From Candidatus Borrarchaeum weybense (GTDB lineage: Archaea > Asgardarchaeota > Sifarchaeia > Borrarchaeales > Borrarchaeaceae): 64,000 nucleotides of DNA. This document shows positions 58,954-64,000 of this stretch, piece by piece. The stretch is taken from contig JAHQJS010000006.1 in assembly GCA_019057385.1 (NCBI GenBank), forward strand, positions 773,038 through 837,037. Direction: 5' to 3'. Below the pieces are notes generated by a model. It did no database searches. It had not been told where the DNA came from and worked only from the letters and a program-made list of their open reading frames with translations. The stretch's first letter is position 1; every line of letters starts with the position of its first letter. Position numbers and translations under genes: made by a program.

Positions 58954-60309
58954 TCACCAGCCGAGCACAGCTGAAAGTAGGATAATATATCCTGTTGCCA
59001 CTGCAAGATTTGCGAGAGTTATAATTCCTCCTAGTTTGATAAAGTTAAGCCATGAAATATGTGCGTCTTCTTTTTCGAGCAAAGAAATTGCCACAATGTT
59101 TGCGACGCCTCCGATCGGAGTCAGATTTGCGCCTAAATTCGCGCCTAGAATTGTTGCCCATATTATCGATGTTTCATTAAATCCAATTGCAGCAATATTT
59201 GGAATAACAAAAACTAACACTGCAGCTACGCTGATATTATCCATAAACCCAGAAAGAAGTGCACTGAGCCAAATAATAATAACCCACAGCACATACTTAT
59301 TCCCTCCCGCTGCAGCACCTATAGACTCCGCAAATAAATCCAAAAGTCCTACTTTATGAGCTCCTCCAACAATAATGAAAATACCCACGAAGAAAATGGC
59401 CATTTCCCAATCCAGCTTTCTTAGGATAACTTCTATTCTTATGCCTGAGAAGAATATAAAGAGAATGGCACTAGTCAATGCCACGACATAAAATGGAATA
59501 TTTATGAAACTGGCAACCACAAATCCCGCGATCGTTCCTATTAACAATACTGCAGATCTATAAAATACTGGTCGACTTCTAACTACTTGCCACTCATCTA
59601 AACTCAATAAAGCGCTTTTAAGGTCTACAGATGCGTTCGCAGCTTCTTCTTGTATCTTTTTGCCATAAAGTAATTTAAATAAGAGTAGATTTGTTATGAC
59701 AAGAAGTGCACCTATTGGAAGACCAAGTGCGATAAATCCTTCGTAGGTAAGAAAATGTTCAGGGGCAAGTTGATATCTCGCAGCAATTAATATGTTTACA
59801 AAGGAACTGATGACTGTAGATACCCCTGCTGAGTTAGCAACCATGATTTCGCTAATAATGAAGGGCTGGGGATCCAATTGCATATTTCTTGTAACGACAA
59901 GAGTAAGTGCTCCGACGATAATAAAAGCTGGAGCAGCACCCAAAAGGGCAGCAAGACCAAAGGTCAACAGATTCATATATAAGAAGATCTTGGTAGGTTC
60001 ACCTTCTGTTAACTTAATTATCTTGATCGTGATCCAATCGAACAGCCCAGAGGTTCGTGATACCTCAACTATTACTAAAACGGATACTACTATTGTTATT
60101 GTTCGCCAATCAATGATTTCGCCGAATAGCTCGGCGTCTGTGAAAATTTCAAGACCTGTAGTTAGGAAAGTAACTTTCACAAATAATATAACGCCTATTC
60201 CTCCGAGCAAAGCCGCCAATGTTTTATTCATTTTTTCTGTCGAAATGAGAATGTATGTGCCGATCAATATTATGGCAATTACAATCACCGCAGTGACGTT
60301 ATCCGACAA
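58954..60309 (-). CDS. ArsB/NhaD (SLC13-like) transporter, copy 1
   Basis: IDWRTI, SGLF, DWEM.IFF, LSGFMDN, GANLGANLTPIG...N. Confidence 0.85.
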   Translation of the reverse strand: MSDNVTAVIVIAIILIGTYILISTEKMNKTLAALLGGIGVILFVKVTFLTTGLEIFTDAELFGEIIDWRTITIVVSVLVIVEVSRTSGLFDWITIKIIKLTEGEPTKIFLYMNLLTFGLAALLGAAPAFIIVGALTLVVTRNMQLDPQPFIISEIMVANSAGVSTVISSFVNILIAARYQLAPEHFLTYEGFIALGLPIGALLVITNLLLFKLLYGKKIQEEAANASVDLKSALLSLDEWQVVRSRPVFYRSAVLLIGTIAGFVVASFINIPFYVVALTSAILFIFFSGIRIEVILRKLDWEMAIFFVGIFIIVGGAHKVGLLDLFAESIGAAAGGNKYVLWVIIIWLSALLSGFMDNISVAAVLVFVIPNIAAIGFNETSIIWATILGANLGANLTPIGGVANIVAISLLEKEDAHISWLNFIKLGGIITLANLAVATGYIILLSAVLGW

Positions 60310-60652
60310 ATAATGTCCTCCGTTATTTCTTACTCAGTAGTTATTCAATATATGACACACGTATAAAAAAATGGTTTATTAAAGTTATAGATAAATAGCG
60401 TGAATCACAAAATCGGGAATAGTGACAAATAATTATGATTGTTGTGATAAGAGGATTTCTCAAGGTGTTTGGGACAAAGTTCTTTTAAGTGTTCTCCTTT
60501 TTAAAAACCGATGAATACGTCTTAAACAAATTAACTACCTTTATAAGTATTTTAACTCATTAATGAATAGATTAATACAAATTGAAATAGAATGAGACTT
60601 CTTATTAAGTATGCTGGACTTTCATAATTGAAAATTATGACGAGGTATAAAA

Positions 60653-61111
60653 TTGTATACAAAGATTTTAGTTCCAATAGATGGTTCAAAAATTGCTCTA
60701 AAAGCTGCAGGTCACGCAATCAATATGGCTAAACAAATGAACGCAGAACTTGTGATTCTTTATGTTGCACCTGAAACCGAAGATACTAGAACAAGAAAAC
60801 AGTTATTCGGGGATGCAGCTCTCGAAGAAGAAATTGCAAAATTCTCTGAACTTTTCGGAAAAAGTTACATAAAAGAGGTAGAGAGAATCTGCAGCACAAA
60901 AGATGTTAAAATGCACACTATGATTATACGCGGTAAGCCTGGTCCTAAAATAATTGAGGAAGCAAAAAAGGAAGATATTGATTTAATTGTAATGGGACGC
61001 AAAAGTGAAATGACTGAGACAATGCAGTTGGGACCTGCCGCGCGTTATGTTGCAGAACATTCAAAATGTCCCGTTTTGATAATCACGTTGAGCGCACCTG
61101 ATTTCTGTTAA
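60653..61111 (+). CDS. Universal stress protein (UspA family)
   Basis: KILVPIDGS, G.PG..I, DLIVMG, CPVLII. Confidence 0.9.
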   Translation: MYTKILVPIDGSKIALKAAGHAINMAKQMNAELVILYVAPETEDTRTRKQLFGDAALEEEIAKFSELFGKSYIKEVERICSTKDVKMHTMIIRGKPGPKIIEEAKKEDIDLIVMGRKSEMTETMQLGPAARYVAEHSKCPVLIITLSAPDFC

Positions 61112-61201
61112 GCAAGCGAATCCTTTAAAGCAGAAAGGGCTCTTATTTTTCAAGTATCAAGATTTTTCGGGCATACAAAACATGTTTCAAAATGTATATT
61201 C

Positions 61202-62560
61202 CTACCAACCAAATATGGTTGCAAGCAGGAAAAGATAGCCTGTTGCTACTGCGAGATCTACAAATGTAATAATACTCCCAAGTTTGATGAAATCAAGCCA
61301 TGAAATAGGTGTTCCTTCCTTTTCTAAAAGTCCTATACCTATGATGTTCGACACTCCTCCAATGGGCGTGAGGCTCGCACCCAGATTCGCGCCGAGAATT
61401 GTTGCCCAGATGATCGCAGTCTCGTTAAAGCCTCCCGTAGCAGCGATAGTTGGAATGACAAAGATAAGGACAGCCGTTACACTGACATTGTCCATGAATC
61501 CGCTCAGAATCCCAGTCATCCAAACGAGTATTATCCATAGAAGATACTTATTTCCCCCTGACAAGCCTCCAATGCTTTCAGCAAATATATCCAAAATACC
61601 AACTTTATGAGCTCCTCCAACAAGAATAAATATCGCTATGAAGAAGATTACCATCTCCCAATCAACCTTATGGAGCAATACCTCTATTCTTTTATCTGAA
61701 AAGAAAATAAAAAGTATTGCACTGGTTAACGCAACGAGGAAGAAAGGCACATTTATGAAACTAGCAACTGCAAATGTAGTGATTGTCCCTATTAGCAAAA
61801 ATGCAGACCTGTAGAAGGCACTGCGATTCTTCACGACTAACCATTCGTCCAGTCCAATCAATGTTCTTTTTAAGTCTTCAGAGAGTGTTTCAGCATCTTT
61901 TTGTAACCTTTTTCCATAAATTAACTTGAATACAATTAGATTAACAACAACAAGAAGGCCACCTATAGGAATCGCAAGAGCAGCAAATGCACCATATGAA
62001 AGAAAATACACAGGGTCAAGATTATAGTTTGAAGCGATTAATATGTTGACGAAACTACTGATCACAGTGCAAACACCAGCTGTATTTGCGATCATAATCT
62101 CGCTAACAAGAAACGGCAATGGATCTAAATCTAGGTTTTTTGTTACAACTAGCGTTAACGCGCCCACGATGACAAAAGCAGGGGATGAAGTAAGCGCAGA
62201 GAGACCAAAGGTCAACAGATTCATATATAAGAAGATCCTTATTGGTTCGCCTTTCGTTAACTTGACGATTTTAATAGTTATCCAGTCAAAAAGTCCGGAT
62301 TCACGAGCCGCTTCGACTACGATAAGAATACTCACAACAATTGTGATAGTCTGCCAATCAATTAATTCACTGAATATCTCAGCATCGGAAAATACTTCAA
62401 CGCCTGTAGTTAGAAATGTAACCTTAACAAAAATTAAAACTCCTAATCCACCCACTAACGCAGCCACTGTTTTATTTATTTTCTCAGTTGAAATCAGGGC
62501 ATATGTTGCAATTAAAATGATTGTAATTCCAATCATTGAAATTAGGCTGTTTGTTGACAA
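61202..62560 (-). CDS. ArsB/NhaD transporter, copy 2
   Basis: Paralog of 58954; TTG start at 62560 after GGAGAGG. Confidence 0.85.
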   Translation of the reverse strand: MSTNSLISMIGITIILIATYALISTEKINKTVAALVGGLGVLIFVKVTFLTTGVEVFSDAEIFSELIDWQTITIVVSILIVVEAARESGLFDWITIKIVKLTKGEPIRIFLYMNLLTFGLSALTSSPAFVIVGALTLVVTKNLDLDPLPFLVSEIMIANTAGVCTVISSFVNILIASNYNLDPVYFLSYGAFAALAIPIGGLLVVVNLIVFKLIYGKRLQKDAETLSEDLKRTLIGLDEWLVVKNRSAFYRSAFLLIGTITTFAVASFINVPFFLVALTSAILFIFFSDKRIEVLLHKVDWEMVIFFIAIFILVGGAHKVGILDIFAESIGGLSGGNKYLLWIILVWMTGILSGFMDNVSVTAVLIFVIPTIAATGGFNETAIIWATILGANLGASLTPIGGVSNIIGIGLLEKEGTPISWLDFIKLGSIITFVDLAVATGYLFLLATIFGW

Positions 62561-62771
62561 ATATCTGCCTCTCCAGTACTTTGCACCCGTCATTAAATAG
62601 CCGAAACTGCATTCAAAGAAGATTTGCTAACCACATAGTATCAGAAATTTCTATTAAGAGTAGTATAATGACGTTAACTATTTATAAAAAGTATATGAGC
62701 AACAATTTTTAATCAATTAGATTTATCTGTGAAACCAATAAGATTTTCTTTAGAAAAGGAAAAGAATGTTT

Positions 62772-63998
62772 TTAGGAGTTATTTAGATCTTTATTATCCA
62801 CGTCATCAGTATCTATTGCTTCAATCTCTCCTAAATCTTTTAATTCTCCTACATCCTCAACAATACCTTCAATTTTCTCAAGATCAGTTTTTTCTTCTGA
62901 AACCTTCTTTCGATTAAGGGTCTTGCGGATACCCCCAAATAACCTTTTTAGTATTGATGGTCCTTCTGCTGTTCCCTCCATTAGTCTAAGAAGTTCAGCT
63001 TCGACATCTTGAATCTTTCTTTCGTACAACTTCACTAAATCTTCACAAGATCTATCCCCAATTTCACAATCTTCTAAAGCATCATATAGACGCTCACAAG
63101 CGTTCCTATACGCCTCTAGTTCTATCTTGAGGGCTTTAATTCTATTTCTTTGCTCAGCATCGAGTGCTTTCTTTTTTTCTGATAAAATGCGGTATTCATC
63201 TTGATAGGGTGTAGAGAGCCTTGTGTAAGTGGTTCTCCCAATTTCTCTATTTTCTAAAGCCTCGTGTAATCTCAATATAACTGCCGCTGTTGCAATTTGC
63301 TTTGCAGTAATCTCCTCAAGTTCATCAACTTCAACTACTACACCAGTTTCTGAAGCTATAAAAGGAATAGTAAGGCCTTGAATAGCGGACGTGAAAAGAA
63401 GAACTAACATTGACGCGTTTACTAATGCCGTTGCATTAGCCGGGTTAGATATATGCAGTTCTTCAAATGAAATTGCGACTAAGGCAGCAGTAGCTAATCC
63501 TCGCATTCCAGTCCAACCCACAAACAGCGTTTCACCTAGAGATAACTTAGTTCCTAGTGTACTAATTAGAACTGCTATTGGTCTTGATACGAGAATTATT
63601 GCTGTCATAAGTAGTGCTAACGGGACAAATGCAATAGCTTCAAGAGGGTTGAAAAAGGCACCAATCAGAATGAAAGCAATAATTTCTCCAAGAAACGATA
63701 TATTCTCCCAAATTTCCAGGGTTCCTTCTTTCGGAAAGGGCTGCTTTTTGATTATATGCGGGCTGCCTAAAGTTATGCCTGCTATAAGTGCTGCTATGGC
63801 TGAACTCGCCCCTGACAGTTCTGCAAGAGAAAATGCTAATAGGGCAGCACTGATGGTTATTAAGGAAATCTCTAATTTTCTACGGACACGTTCTATTAGT
63901 ACATTTCCCAACCAACCACAAGCTAAGCCGATAATTATGCCGCCAATAAGTGTCCAAATTATTAACAACACATTAAATTGAAATTGATTTGTTTTTGC
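62772..63998 (-). CDS. CPA1/NhaP cation:proton antiporter (5' end outside window) with cytoplasmic helical tail
   Basis: LAELSGASSAIAA, FILIG, SRP, W.GMRG; frame open to the window edge. Confidence 0.85.
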   Translation of the reverse strand, partial: AKTNQFQFNVLLIIWTLIGGIIIGLACGWLGNVLIERVRRKLEISLITISAALLAFSLAELSGASSAIAALIAGITLGSPHIIKKQPFPKEGTLEIWENISFLGEIIAFILIGAFFNPLEAIAFVPLALLMTAIILVSRPIAVLISTLGTKLSLGETLFVGWTGMRGLATAALVAISFEELHISNPANATALVNASMLVLLFTSAIQGLTIPFIASETGVVVEVDELEEITAKQIATAAVILRLHEALENREIGRTTYTRLSTPYQDEYRILSEKKKALDAEQRNRIKALKIELEAYRNACERLYDALEDCEIGDRSCEDLVKLYERKIQDVEAELLRLMEGTAEGPSILKRLFGGIRKTLNRKKVSEEKTDLEKIEGIVEDVGELKDLGEIEAIDTDDVDNKDLNNS

Positions 63999-64000
63999 TG

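Noticed and set aside
59036-63981. Long antisense ORFs (59036, 59792, 61284, 62043, 63391) and similar shadows elsewhere (e.g. 951, 22838, 55393, 29721)
   Set aside because: Opposite-strand shadows of well-supported genes or of the RNA candidate, with no motifs.

Overview
Low-GC archaeal chromosomal segment, most likely Asgard archaea. This is inferred from a Rab-like GTPase, a longin-like protein, a eukaryote-like PriL, a Cdc48-type AAA with an HbYX tail and archaeal purP/PAC2/nurA-herA-mre11-rad50 genes. Housekeeping content: pyrE, purP x2, hisF, hisIE, trpB2, a LipS1/LipS2/Lpl lipoylation cluster, a DSB-repair operon, UspA/ArsB-NhaD duplicates and an NhaP antiporter. The window is heavily colonised by non-autonomous IS200/IS605 OMEGA elements: two intact iscB, one iscB pseudogene, one isrB pseudogene, one tnpB, an ORF-less omegaRNA element, an orphan TnpB-type reRNA and a ~50 bp PATE; no tnpA is present. 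Three of the five IscB/IsrB-family insertion sites can be reconstructed exactly from flanking genes and give an RTGAA TAM; positional analogy at the other two widens this to RTNAA. The IsrB guide is 21/21 nt identical to the resident rad50 gene. The most unexplained feature is a promoter- and terminator-bounded ~288-nt structured intergenic RNA candidate (29739-30026) with a group II intron domain V-like hairpin. All calls were made by eye from motifs; no searches were run.
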